Shown: positions 1-9,067 of the stretch, piece after piece
Numbering within the stretch: position 1 is the first letter of the stretch
How the letters are laid out: every line of letters begins with the position of its first letter
Source of the DNA: a virus
DNA: 41,391 nt
Virus record (IMG/VR): IMGVR_UViG_3300028666_000026
Coordinates: 64,001 to 105,391 of that record
Direction: 5' to 3' (one strand)
Position numbers and translations under genes: made by a program
Notes under the pieces: model-generated
What the model was told of the DNA's origin: nothing
The model's input: only the letters and a program-made list of their open reading frames with translations
Database searches by the model: none

Positions 1-570
1 GCTGACATTGAGGGTCTCAAGGGCCTTCTGGATCAGTATCTGTCGGAGGAAGAGGCAGAGCCTGAGCACGCCATGGAAGACGGTCCGGCTGACATGAGCG
101 AATTGGAGCAGATTGTCGGCGAAGAGACTGACGCCGAAGAGGCACCTGGCGAGGCAGTCGTCGAGTCTGGCGAAGAGGAGCTGGAGCCGGTCGCTGACGA
201 GGAGGAAGAGGAAGTCGCTGAGGACGGCGAAGCCTGCCCGACTTGCGGCGCAATGGACGGACACGCCAAGGACAGTCGCGCCAAGGATCGTGCTCGGGCG
301 GCTGACGGCGCAGTGGTCACGCTGAAGCTGTTGCGGCCATTTGTAGCGCGTAGTAAGGACAACGCACTTCGCGCCACCTTCAACGCGGCCTTGTCCACAG
401 CCACACGTGGCAGCAAGCCATCAACCAGCAGCTACTCTTCGTTCGCCAAAACGGCGAGCGCACGGTCCGCCGCACCTGCGCGCGCTCGCGCAGCAGACGC
501 CAACGATAGCGACACCGGCATCGCTAAACTTCAGGCCGCGTACGACAGCGCCCTCAAGGGAGGTAAGTAA
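1..570 (+). CDS. Acidic protein (Glu/Asp-rich N-part, CPTCG knuckle, basic/Ala-rich C-part); putative scaffolding protein. 5'-partial: frame is open from nt 1
   Basis: Frame 1 has no stop from position 1, so the ORF probably starts upstream of the window. Long acidic stretch (EEELEPVADEEEEEVAEDGE). Lies immediately upstream of the head/capsid genes, the typical scaffold position. Confidence 0.45.
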   Translation, partial: ADIEGLKGLLDQYLSEEEAEPEHAMEDGPADMSELEQIVGEETDAEEAPGEAVVESGEEELEPVADEEEEEVAEDGEACPTCGAMDGHAKDSRAKDRARAADGAVVTLKLLRPFVARSKDNALRATFNAALSTATRGSKPSTSSYSSFAKTASARSAAPARARAADANDSDTGIAKLQAAYDSALKGGK

Positions 571-575
571 CCGCC

Positions 576-1379
576 ATGACTTTGACATCTTTTGGTCAAA
601 CGATTCCTGTCACCGGCCCCAATATCGGCTTCCAGGGCACTGTTAGCCGATTTGGCGAACGCGTGATCGCGGCACGGCAATTCGTGCCAACCACCACCAC
701 CAACAACCTCAACTTCGGTGATCCTGCCGTCATTGTGCCCAATACTTCCGGCGGCTACTACGACTCCGTTGCTGACTTCATCGCAGCTGCGGCAGCCAAC
801 GCTGGTTTGCTCGCGTCGTACTTCGCTGGCGTCGCCATTCGCGAAGTCAAGACGCAGCTGACGTACCCGTCCAATGTCACGCCTGGAGCCAGCCCGATGG
901 TTGGGCTGTATTCGTCCGGACAGATGGCTGAGGTCCTGGAGCGCGGTAGCATCACCGTGCTGCTCACTGCTGGTACGCCTACGCAAGGCTCGCAGCTCTA
1001 CACCCGCGTCGTGCTCAACACCAGCAACGTTCCTGCTGGATTCGTTGGCGACTGGGAAGTTGCGCCTGGTGCGACGGATATCGTCAACACCACGGCGACG
1101 GCTGCGGCTATCGGTACAGCTGTCACCATCGCGTCCGGCACCAACACCAAGAACGGTCAGCTGGTCAGTGGTCTTGGAATCGCGCCTGGCACGTACGTTG
1201 CTAGCGGCGGCGGTACCACGTCCATCGTGCTCAATCAGAACACGAATGCCATCATCGCAGCCGGCACGCCCATCACGTTCAGCAATTTGTTCGCGCCTCC
1301 GGGAGTAGTGGCCAGAACTGGCTATCTCGACGCCAACAACATGCTGGAAGTCACCATCGAACGCCGCTACGCGGCCTAA
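576..1379 (+). CDS. Head structural protein (Thr/Ala/Gly-rich, beta-rich; possible decoration or accessory capsid protein)
   Basis: ATG preceded by GGGAGG SD. Sits between the scaffold-like and capsid-like genes. Composition typical of Ig-like virion proteins. Confidence 0.4.
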   Translation: MTLTSFGQTIPVTGPNIGFQGTVSRFGERVIAARQFVPTTTTNNLNFGDPAVIVPNTSGGYYDSVADFIAAAAANAGLLASYFAGVAIREVKTQLTYPSNVTPGASPMVGLYSSGQMAEVLERGSITVLLTAGTPTQGSQLYTRVVLNTSNVPAGFVGDWEVAPGATDIVNTTATAAAIGTAVTIASGTNTKNGQLVSGLGIAPGTYVASGGGTTSIVLNQNTNAIIAAGTPITFSNLFAPPGVVARTGYLDANNMLEVTIERRYAA

Positions 1380-1410
1380 CCCGTCACGTCACTGAGGAGA
1401 CCTTAGAACC

Positions 1411-2478
1411 ATGAGAACCGTTCCTAATCGTCGTGGCTTCAACGGACCCATGACCGGACGGGCGCAGGCATTTGATGCTGCAGGCGCTTCCGGCCTTGCG
1501 TTCTTGCAAAGCCAGCTCGAACTTATCGACACGGACCTTGTCCGTCCGCTTCAGGCAGTTACGCACAAGCGTGACATTGCCGTAGAAGTCGGCGGTGGGT
1601 TCCCCGAGTTCATTTCGGCGTTCGCCAGCAACTACGCCACAACCGGCACACAGTACTTCGGGCTGCAAGGAACTCAGAACACTGAGATTCCCGAGGCACA
1701 GGCCGACATCCAGAAGGGCATCTGGCGCACGTACGTCTGGGCGATGGGCATGACCATCACTTGGGTGGATTTGCGCAGAATGGAGACGGCCCTTCGCACC
1801 GGCCAGGCACCGCCGTTCAGCTTGCAAGAGCTGTACGAGGAGTCTGTCGAAACCAACTGGGGCAAGGCGTTGGACTTCGTTGTCTACGCTGGATTCCTTG
1901 GTGACCCTGCGCTGATCAACAACCCCAACGTGTACGAGTACACGGTGGCGGCTGGTGCTTCGACGTTCACCACGTGGGTCAAGAAGACGTCGCAGGAAAT
2001 TCTTGCCGATGTCAACACGGCCCTTAACACCACTGTGCAGAACTCCGGCTACTCAGCGGAAGAGGGCATGGCGGACAGGCTGTTGGTGCCGTACACGCAG
2101 TTTGCGTACCTCACCCAGCCCATGGCAATCGGCGGCAGCCCGGTGGCTGTGAGCACGATTGAGTACATCGAGAAGCAGTGCGTGGCAGCTCATCACGGCA
2201 TTGACTTCAAGATTAATTTCCTGCCCAACCCATGGATCAGCGGACAAGGCTCTGGCAACACAGCGCCTGTCGGACAGACTGGCAACGGTCTGGACCGTGC
2301 GGTGTTCTACAAGAACAGCAAGAAATCGCTGTACTTGAAGGTGCCGCAGCCCATGACGCAGGCCATGTCGGTTCCGACTACGCGCGCTGGTGGTGCGTAC
2401 GAAACCATGTTTGCCGGGTGCATCAGCCAGGTGATATTCAAGCGGACACAAACCATGGTATACGCTGACGGCATCTAA
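1411..2478 (+). CDS. Putative major capsid protein (355 aa; DUF2184/P22-coat-like size and context)
   Basis: GAGGAGA SD. 355 aa, immediately after the scaffold/head genes. Followed by a 142-nt non-coding region with hairpins. Co-occurs with a DUF4054-like protein and a sheath gene, as in DUF2184-type head modules. Confidence 0.5.
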   Translation: MRTVPNRRGFNGPMTGRAQAFDAAGASGLAFLQSQLELIDTDLVRPLQAVTHKRDIAVEVGGGFPEFISAFASNYATTGTQYFGLQGTQNTEIPEAQADIQKGIWRTYVWAMGMTITWVDLRRMETALRTGQAPPFSLQELYEESVETNWGKALDFVVYAGFLGDPALINNPNVYEYTVAAGASTFTTWVKKTSQEILADVNTALNTTVQNSGYSAEEGMADRLLVPYTQFAYLTQPMAIGGSPVAVSTIEYIEKQCVAAHHGIDFKINFLPNPWISGQGSGNTAPVGQTGNGLDRAVFYKNSKKSLYLKVPQPMTQAMSVPTTRAGGAYETMFAGCISQVIFKRTQTMVYADGI

Positions 2479-2485
2479 CAGCTGA

Positions 2486-2507
2486 GAGACGCAAAGTAGC
2501 GCGTCTT
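2486..2507 (+). terminator. Hairpin after capsid gene (GAGACGC-loop-GCGTCTT); possible partial terminator or attenuator
   Basis: 7-bp stem with a G-U wobble, seen in sequence 8 nt after the capsid stop. No strong U-tract. Confidence 0.25.
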
Positions 2508-2620
2508 CAACAAGGTTGCGCGAGCCGGGAGCAGTGGTGTCGTTAAGCTGCTCCTTGCCAGCCGGACCTGCCACGTCCCGGCTTGCGTGACACATCACAC
2601 AGAAGCAAGGAGAACTGCAT

Positions 2621-2977
2621 ATGACACTGCAACTGCATTGCAAACGTTCCAAGATTTTTCATCACAGTGATGGCGAGCGCGAAATCAGCGTTTCCGCTGC
2701 GCGCGGCGAAGTCACACCTGTGCCCGACTGGGTCAAGGATACCCTTGGCTACAGAATGGGTTTGAAGGACAAGTCCATTGTGGACCTGACGCCGCCCAAA
2801 CACGTGGAAGCCACGGAAGAGGCTCCAGCGCACACAGAGGCGTCTGTGGAAGACGTAGGCTCTGATGATCCTGACGGCAGCGGCGAGCAGGCACCAGAGG
2901 ATGCGAAGCCCAAGGCACAGCGCTCCAACGTGCCCAAGGGTCTGCAGGGCGCAAGCACGGTAGTCAAGACCAAGTAG
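2621..2977 (+). CDS. Hypothetical protein (118 aa, acidic C-terminal half)
   Basis: AAGGAGAA SD 5 nt upstream of the ATG. Lies within the head module. Confidence 0.5.
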   Translation: MTLQLHCKRSKIFHHSDGEREISVSAARGEVTPVPDWVKDTLGYRMGLKDKSIVDLTPPKHVEATEEAPAHTEASVEDVGSDDPDGSGEQAPEDAKPKAQRSNVPKGLQGASTVVKTK

Positions 2978-2993
2978 TAGGAGGCACCTTAAG

Positions 2994-3989
2994 ATGTGTT
3001 CACCCGGCAGCGGACTGATACCCAACTTCAATGCGTGGCTACAAACGGCGTGGGGTGCAGGCGCGGAATTTTGGTCCGCTGGTCCGGCAGGTTTCTTTGG
3101 TAGTGCTACCAATCTGGTATTTGGCACTAACCCGCCGTATTACCTGGACAACTTCTTAGCCTTCTATCCAAAGTTCTTTGGCGCAGCTACTTCCTTTATT
3201 GGCGTGACGACAGTGGCTGGCAGCAACCAGGCTACGTTCTTGTCGGTTACTGGATTGCAGCTAGGGCAGTTCGTAATAAGCTCTGATTTTCCGCCGGGCA
3301 CGGTTATCATCGGCATTAGTAGCCTCAACGTGACGTTCAACAACAATGCACTGACTAACGATAACAATGCCGTGTTCCAGGCTTACTTAGCACCAGTAGT
3401 GCCTGTTGCCGTAATCACGCTGTATCTGAATTTGGCCAATGCCTCGCTGGTACAATGCCGGTGGCAAGAAGAGTGGACTGTGGCCATGGGCTGGTTTATC
3501 GCCCACTACTTGACACTCTATGCGCGCAGTGATGCCGCAGAAGTACTCACTATAGCTACGTCAGCCATTCATGGCGAAATACCTGCCGGCACAAAGCCTG
3601 GTACCACATTCACGCTGAGCGCGGCACCTACCAACGGCACGTTGCAGGGCTACTACAAGAACGGAGTATTTCAGACTCCAGGCGTAGACTACACACTTGC
3701 CGGCAACGTCATCACCACTGCCGTTACAGTACTGACCACTGACAATCTGTACGCCACCTGGCCGATCAACAGCACGACCACGTCTGCCGTAACCTATTCG
3801 GCAGCACAAGTGGCGGCGCAGGGTATAGCCAACGGTATTATGACCAGCAAGTCCGTGGGCGACGTCAGCGCTTCGTACAACGTGCTGGAGTCTCTCAAAG
3901 AGTTCGGCCAATGGAATCTTACACTCTACGGCCAGCAGCTGGCCACCATGGCCAAGGTAATTGGAAGTGGACCAATGGTGATCTGGTGA
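2994..3989 (+). CDS. DUF4054-like head-tail connector/neck protein carrying an inserted ~40-aa YKNG-PGVDYT module
   Basis: AGGAGG SD. C-terminal SVGDVSASY...W.LTLYGQQL motif and AHYLTLY motif resemble the DUF4054 family. Positioned after the capsid gene. Confidence 0.4.
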   Translation: MCSPGSGLIPNFNAWLQTAWGAGAEFWSAGPAGFFGSATNLVFGTNPPYYLDNFLAFYPKFFGAATSFIGVTTVAGSNQATFLSVTGLQLGQFVISSDFPPGTVIIGISSLNVTFNNNALTNDNNAVFQAYLAPVVPVAVITLYLNLANASLVQCRWQEEWTVAMGWFIAHYLTLYARSDAAEVLTIATSAIHGEIPAGTKPGTTFTLSAAPTNGTLQGYYKNGVFQTPGVDYTLAGNVITTAVTVLTTDNLYATWPINSTTTSAVTYSAAQVAAQGIANGIMTSKSVGDVSASYNVLESLKEFGQWNLTLYGQQLATMAKVIGSGPMVIW

Positions 3990-4543
3990 GCGGTCCTGAG
4001 ATCATCCTTGGTCGCAAGTCCGGCGCGGCGGCACTGGACGCTAGGCTTAAGACGCTGAGTAAGCTGGTGGCATACGTGGGTGTGCCAGCCTCGAGCAGTC
4101 GCTCGCGTAAGACTCAGCTACTTAGCATGGCAACTGCTGCCAAGGGCACTAAGAAGCGCAAACGTCTTGAGAAGGCAGCAGAGTCTGACTTGAACAATGC
4201 CGAGACACTGTTCCTGCTTAGCAAGGGCAGTCCACTGCGCAATCAACCGCCGCGTCCAGTGTTGGAGCCTGCCATACAGGCCGAAGGCAATAGGCAAGGC
4301 ATCGCTGCCGAGTTGGCGCAAAGTGTCAAAGCTAACCTGGCTGGCGATAAAGCTGCGTCGATGAAGAGTATGCAGCGTGCGGCCTTGGCAGGGCAGAATG
4401 CGGCACGCAAATGGTTCACCGACCCACGTAATAACTGGGCACCTAACGCGCCGTCGACGATAGCACGTAAAGGTAGCGATCGTCCTGGTATAGATACTGG
4501 TGCAACACGCGCAGCAATTGTGGGAATCGTGGGCGAAGAATGA
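3986..4543 (+). CDS. Hypothetical basic virion/neck protein (185 aa), GTG start
   Basis: GTG at 3986 overlaps the upstream TGA (GTGA coupling). The ORF-track start at 3911 would overlap the upstream gene by 79 nt. Confidence 0.4.
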   Translation: MSGPEIILGRKSGAAALDARLKTLSKLVAYVGVPASSSRSRKTQLLSMATAAKGTKKRKRLEKAAESDLNNAETLFLLSKGSPLRNQPPRPVLEPAIQAEGNRQGIAAELAQSVKANLAGDKAASMKSMQRAALAGQNAARKWFTDPRNNWAPNAPSTIARKGSDRPGIDTGATRAAIVGIVGEE

Positions 4544-4698
4544 CATTGGATATAGGTGTTCGTGTTCGGTTGGTGGGTCAATCGCATGCAATCTATCACG
4601 TGTCGGTTGTTGAAGAGCACGATGGTTTAGTCTTCTATCGTTTACGAGAACTACGCGGCGCATTATTTCTGGCTTCATCACTGGAGGTTGTGGAGTGA
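4540..4698 (+). CDS. Small protein (52 aa, MTLDIGVRVRLVGQSHAIYHVSVVEEHDGLVFYRLRELRGALFLASSLEVVE); not in the ORF track
   Basis: ATG overlaps the upstream TGA (ATGA) and its TGA overlaps the downstream GTG start (GTGA). It fills an otherwise 150-nt gap. Beta-rich, SH3/KOW-like pattern. Confidence 0.4.
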   Translation: MTLDIGVRVRLVGQSHAIYHVSVVEEHDGLVFYRLRELRGALFLASSLEVVE

Positions 4699-5201
4699 GC
4701 ACAAAAGTTACGTCTGTACAGCTAGTCAACTCCACTATAGACTCTACCGTCATAGGCGGAACTTCTCCGGTTGCCGGCACTTTCACTACGCTCACTGCTA
4801 TAGACGTTGAGTCCAACATTGGAAATTTCAGCGCTACGTTGGAGGGGCCTACAGTAGCCTCTAGCGATAACAGCACTAGCGCGGCCACTACGGCGTGGGC
4901 AAAATTTGGCTTCGCAGTTTCGGCTGCTGCTAACGGATATATCAAACTCCCCACCTGGCTGGGCGGCATCGTCATTCAGTGGGGCAATGCGACACCTGGT
5001 GATCTTAGTGTCGGGTCCGGTAGTACGGTGACGTTCCCACTGGCATTTCCCACAGCTTGCTTTGCAGTAGTGGCCAACATGAATAACAACATAGGCACAA
5101 ACATTCGTACACTGAGCTGCTACAGTCAAACTGCCAGTAACTTTTTATTGGGAGCCAACGGTTCGGCTTCTACTGCCACCTGGATAGCAGTGGGGCACTA
5201 G
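4695..5201 (+). CDS. Stand-alone tail-fibre distal-tip domain protein (gp53-like C-terminal domain)
   Basis: Motifs GYIKLPTWLGGIVIQWGNAT, VTFPLAFPTACFAVVAN and WIAVGH match the conserved C-terminal knob found on many phage tail fibres. GTG start is coupled to the upstream small ORF. Confidence 0.5.
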   Translation: MSTKVTSVQLVNSTIDSTVIGGTSPVAGTFTTLTAIDVESNIGNFSATLEGPTVASSDNSTSAATTAWAKFGFAVSAAANGYIKLPTWLGGIVIQWGNATPGDLSVGSGSTVTFPLAFPTACFAVVANMNNNIGTNIRTLSCYSQTASNFLLGANGSASTATWIAVGH

Positions 5202-5202
5202 C

Positions 5203-5790
5203 ATGATCGATATGTCAGACGTTGTCGCCGACGAGGAGCTGGCTGCGCCCAAACCGTTTGTGATACTGCGCGCTAGCAGTCAGTGGACACAGAATGGGCT
5301 TGTCACCACCACAGTGTCAATTCCGCAGGTGGGCCCTGTGCAGCGCGCTTCGGCCAAAGAAGTGCAGATGTTGCCCGAAGCCGATCGTGTTGAGTCAGTC
5401 ATGGCTTTTTGGTGCCTCATTCCTGTGTTGACTGTACGCGGTAAAGATCCTGCCACAGCTGTGCAAGGCGTACAACCGCAAGGCGTGTTCCCTGGCTATG
5501 TCTACACAATAGACCCAGGGCCTGTCGGCACTTCGCAGCCAACGCTTTACAAGAACGGGCTGTTTCAAATACCTGGTGTTGACTACACTTACGCTGCTGG
5601 CATGATTACGATGACGGTGGAGACGCTTGACACTGACACGCTCTATCTGACTTATGTCACCAACACGGCTGGCGCGGCAGTTAGCGACGTGATTCAGTAT
5701 GAGTTAGAGCAGTACCGCGTACTCAGTTCAAAACATTATCCCGGAAGCGGGTTTTGGCGCGCTCTTGGCACACGACTGAGTACCATATGA
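5203..5790 (+). CDS. Head-tail adaptor/joining-like protein with a C-terminal YKNG-PGVDYT module
   Basis: The N-terminal half (QMLPEADRVESVMAFWCLIPV) resembles the head-tail joining family. The C-terminal ~40 aa repeats a motif seen in two other virion proteins. Confidence 0.4.
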   Translation: MIDMSDVVADEELAAPKPFVILRASSQWTQNGLVTTTVSIPQVGPVQRASAKEVQMLPEADRVESVMAFWCLIPVLTVRGKDPATAVQGVQPQGVFPGYVYTIDPGPVGTSQPTLYKNGLFQIPGVDYTYAAGMITMTVETLDTDTLYLTYVTNTAGAAVSDVIQYELEQYRVLSSKHYPGSGFWRALGTRLSTI

Positions 5791-6062
5791 AGCTGTGCAA
5801 GTTCGAAGAAGACATGTACGGCTTCGAGTGCCCTGGGTGTGGTCACACGCACATTATAACAGTCAACGGTAGACGAAATAGTTGTGACGCATCATGGACG
5901 TGGAACGGCAGTATGACAGCGCCCACATTCACGCCGTCCATCAATGTTGTAGGCTACTGTCACTCATTTGTAACTGATGGGCGCATTCAATTTTTGTCTG
6001 ACTGTGTACACAAGCTAGCTGGCCAGACTGTGGATATACCAGAATGGGGGTTTGCCGAGTGA
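5787..6062 (+). CDS. Small zinc-ribbon protein (91 aa; CPGCGHTH ... CHSF ... CVH)
   Basis: ATG at 5787 overlaps the upstream TGA (ATGA). Cys/His pairs spaced like a zinc ribbon. Confidence 0.45.
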   Translation: MKLCKFEEDMYGFECPGCGHTHIITVNGRRNSCDASWTWNGSMTAPTFTPSINVVGYCHSFVTDGRIQFLSDCVHKLAGQTVDIPEWGFAE

Positions 6063-6688
6063 GTACAGCAACTATACTGCCCAACGGGCAGACGCTTACT
6101 TCCATCGCACTCACTCCAAAGGTAATCAATGCACTGATGCTCCAGCTGACCTGTGGAATGCTGGGCATCAATCCGCCAGACTACTCACAAGTGCGCGATG
6201 CTTGGCAAACTCAGGGGCAACCTTTCCAAGATGTAAATACCGACATTTGCTACGTCGCCTGCGTGCCAGAAAATGTTGATTATCGGCTTGTACGCGATCG
6301 TACCTACACGACCATTCCGGCTGGCGGCGGCTTGCCAGAACGAGTTCAAGAAACCTGGACCTACACGCGCGGTTGGCGCGTGACCTGGACACTGTATGGA
6401 CCTAATTCTACTGATCGTGCTCGCATGGTTCACAGTGCGCTGTTCATGGATTATTTTAACGACCAGCTCAATCTTTCTAGTCTATTCCCGGTGTCGGACC
6501 CGCCTGAAATCATTCGTATGCCGGAGAACATGAATGCGCAATGGTTTGAGCGCGCCGAGTTCCATGTAATCATGTACGAGAATGTCACGGAAACCATCAT
6601 CGATGGCATCGTCACCAGTGTTGAAGTAAAGGTGTACGATGCTTCACCCAGTGACCCTGTTGCAGACTTCACGGTAGTAAAGCCATAA
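6059..6688 (+). CDS. Hypothetical tail/neck protein (209 aa), GTG start
   Basis: GTG at 6059 overlaps the upstream TGA (GTGA). Immediately precedes the sheath gene. An alternative ATG exists at 6044. Confidence 0.4.
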   Translation: MSTATILPNGQTLTSIALTPKVINALMLQLTCGMLGINPPDYSQVRDAWQTQGQPFQDVNTDICYVACVPENVDYRLVRDRTYTTIPAGGGLPERVQETWTYTRGWRVTWTLYGPNSTDRARMVHSALFMDYFNDQLNLSSLFPVSDPPEIIRMPENMNAQWFERAEFHVIMYENVTETIIDGIVTSVEVKVYDASPSDPVADFTVVKP

Positions 6689-6710
6689 GGCTATAAAGGA
6701 GCCACACAAC

Positions 6711-8105
6711 ATGCCCACACCACCTCTAAGTCTGAGCGACATTGTCAACATTTCAGTGACTGTGGCTCCGGCAGCGGCTACCGCCAACCCGTTTAACCAA
6801 GGCTTGTTTGTCGGTAGTTCCACGATAATTCCAAGCTACGGTGCCAACTCGCGCATTCGCCAGTACTCGGCCAATACATTCAGCGCCGCCATGCTCACGG
6901 ATGGTTTTACCAGCAACAGTCCGGAGTATATCGCCATGCAGATATACTTCAGTCAGACGCCACAACCTTCATTTGGGTGGGTTGGTCGACAGGACTTGAC
7001 GGCAATCAAGACGGCCATTCCGCACAGTGGAAATGCTGGTACTGGTTACGTCGTCGGAGATCAGGTCACGGTCACACAGGTGGGCGGTAGCAATGGCATA
7101 CTTACCGTGCTCACCATCAGCGGCGGCGGAGTGGTGGCTACACTCGGCACCACCATCGGCAATCAAGGCACAGGCTACGCCACGGCCACTGGTCTGGCTA
7201 CTACGGGCGGCACCGGCACTGGTTTAGAAGTGGATATCACAGCCATCGGTGAATCACTTCTGCAAGCGGCTGAAGCCTGCCGTATTGCTGACAGTACCTG
7301 GTATGGGCTGACTGTGTATAACCCGGCGGATGCTGACAACCTTGCTCTGGCTGAGTGGGCTGATCCGTTGTGGGAATCTACGCGTTACTACACTTGGAGT
7401 AGTGACGTAGCCATTGCCAATGGCACTACCAACAACTTGGCGCTTCAACTGCAAACTCTGAAGCTGCGCACGCTCGGTGTGTACTCCACTACGCAAGGTG
7501 GATTGTACCCCAACAATATCTACGCCGCAGTTGCAGTGATGGGCGTGGAAATGGGCAGCAATACTGGGCTGGCCGGCAGCTTCTTCACTATCGCGCACAA
7601 ACAGCTGGCTGGCATTTCTGTAGAGCCGCTGACACAGACTCAGTACACCAACATCACCAATGCCAGTTTCAATGCGTACTGTAACTTCAGTCCGTATCAA
7701 CTGTTCGAGCCTGGCTTCTTGAGTAATGGCTCGCCCAGCTACCTCTGGTTGTTTTTGGCTGTGTTGGTAGCTAATCTGCAGATTGAGGAAATCAACGTTC
7801 TGGAGTCTTACCAGGCCGTGCCGCAGACTAATGCGGGGCAGCAGTTACTCATTGGCGGTGCCAACGCGGCCTGCTCCCTACTCGCTGACATCGGCTTCTT
7901 GTCGGGCGCTATATGGGAAGGCGCTCCGGTGCTCAACTTGGCCACGGGTCAGGCACTTCCACTCGGCTACTTGAATCAGTCGGCACCTTACGCACAACAG
8001 TCTTCGGGCGACCGCGCAGCCGGCAAGGCCATGCCAATTTACTGCACAATAACCACGGCTGGCGCAGTGCAGTCTTTGGCTATCGCCGTTTACACGCAAC
8101 TGTAG
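6711..8105 (+). CDS. Tail sheath protein (464 aa)
   Basis: AAGGAG SD. Size and position immediately upstream of a ~150-aa tube-like ORF, a chaperone with frameshift and a tape-measure gene. N-terminal LSDIVNISVTV-type start is typical of DUF3383-like sheaths. Confidence 0.55.
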   Translation: MPTPPLSLSDIVNISVTVAPAAATANPFNQGLFVGSSTIIPSYGANSRIRQYSANTFSAAMLTDGFTSNSPEYIAMQIYFSQTPQPSFGWVGRQDLTAIKTAIPHSGNAGTGYVVGDQVTVTQVGGSNGILTVLTISGGGVVATLGTTIGNQGTGYATATGLATTGGTGTGLEVDITAIGESLLQAAEACRIADSTWYGLTVYNPADADNLALAEWADPLWESTRYYTWSSDVAIANGTTNNLALQLQTLKLRTLGVYSTTQGGLYPNNIYAAVAVMGVEMGSNTGLAGSFFTIAHKQLAGISVEPLTQTQYTNITNASFNAYCNFSPYQLFEPGFLSNGSPSYLWLFLAVLVANLQIEEINVLESYQAVPQTNAGQQLLIGGANAACSLLADIGFLSGAIWEGAPVLNLATGQALPLGYLNQSAPYAQQSSGDRAAGKAMPIYCTITTAGAVQSLAIAVYTQL

Positions 8106-8118
8106 AAGAGGAGAGTAC

Positions 8119-8580
8119 ATGCCAGGCTCTGTGGGCACGACGTATTCGTTCAAAGACCTTGTGGGCGCGCTTACGAACACTGTGTTCGGTGTGTCGTTCT
8201 CACTCAGTGGTGGTAATGTTGGCTTTGGCTCACTCACCATTGTCATGCAAACTGCGCGTACTGCGCATGACGTTGCCGCTGATGGCACCGTCATGCCCAG
8301 CTACATAGCCGGTGATAACGGTGAGCTGACCATTGAGTTGCAACAGACTTCTGTGTTGCACCACCAGTTACTCAACTTGTACAATCTTTGTGTGGCGGCT
8401 GCCAACAATGACGACGTCAGTGGCTGGGCCAGCACGGCGCTTGCCTTTCGTACGTTGCTAGACGGCAGCACGCATATTGCTACCGGCGTCAGCTTCGACA
8501 AGGTGCCTGATAAGCCATACCATGCCAGCGGACAGAAAGTTACCTGGAAGCTGATGGCGGCTAACATCATCAACCAATAG
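8119..8580 (+). CDS. Tail tube protein (153 aa)
   Basis: GAGGAGAG SD. Sits between the sheath and chaperone genes. Confidence 0.5.
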   Translation: MPGSVGTTYSFKDLVGALTNTVFGVSFSLSGGNVGFGSLTIVMQTARTAHDVAADGTVMPSYIAGDNGELTIELQQTSVLHHQLLNLYNLCVAAANNDDVSGWASTALAFRTLLDGSTHIATGVSFDKVPDKPYHASGQKVTWKLMAANIINQ

Positions 8581-8608
8581 CATCATCGGTGCAAGGACCG
8601 ATACCATT

Positions 8609-9067
8609 ATGAAGACAAAACCAGTTGAAGTTAGTGGGCGCAGCTACTTGTTGCGTCGTATGGCTCCGGTTTCTGGCAGCTACATTTACATGCGCATGAT
8701 GGGCGCTATGATGGAGCGTGTTGCCGCTGCTGCAAACGTGGAGGAGGTACGCAAGTCGGCTGATGTGCAACTTGAGGCCAATCCTGAAGAGCGTGCGCGA
8801 CTGTTAATCTCGCTGACATTCATGCAAGGTCTGTCACTAGCCGACATGCAATTCGCGCACAGAGAAGCGCTGCTTGTAGCCAGCGAGGCTGAGCACTCCA
8901 TACCCGTCATGGCAGCTGATGGGCGGTGGGCTGACCCAACACTGGAGGAAGACCCGCGCGCTGTGCATGACTTAGTGGTGGAGTCGCTGGTATTCAGCCT
9001 TGCACCGTTTTTCGTACAGAGCGGGTCAACTACGGCAGATGGGAAGCCAGCGGCTACGAACCTGTAG
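8609..9067 (+). CDS. Tail assembly chaperone (gpG-like), probable -1 frameshift partner downstream
   Basis: Positioned between the tube and tape-measure genes. The -1 frame stays open from 8971 to 9249 and is protein-like. Confidence 0.5.
   Translation: MKTKPVEVSGRSYLLRRMAPVSGSYIYMRMMGAMMERVAAAANVEEVRKSADVQLEANPEERARLLISLTFMQGLSLADMQFAHREALLVASEAEHSIPVMAADGRWADPTLEEDPRAVHDLVVESLVFSLAPFFVQSGSTTADGKPAATNL

Noticed and set aside
2543-3127. 194-aa minus-strand ORF (and similar antisense ORFs at 4118-4975, 9724-10191, 14763-15200, 22646-23233, 25129-25554)
   Set aside because: They lie entirely antisense to well-supported structural/lysis genes with SDs and coupling. Their translations are Arg/Ala/Pro/Cys-rich low-complexity sequence typical of antisense frames in GC-rich coding DNA.
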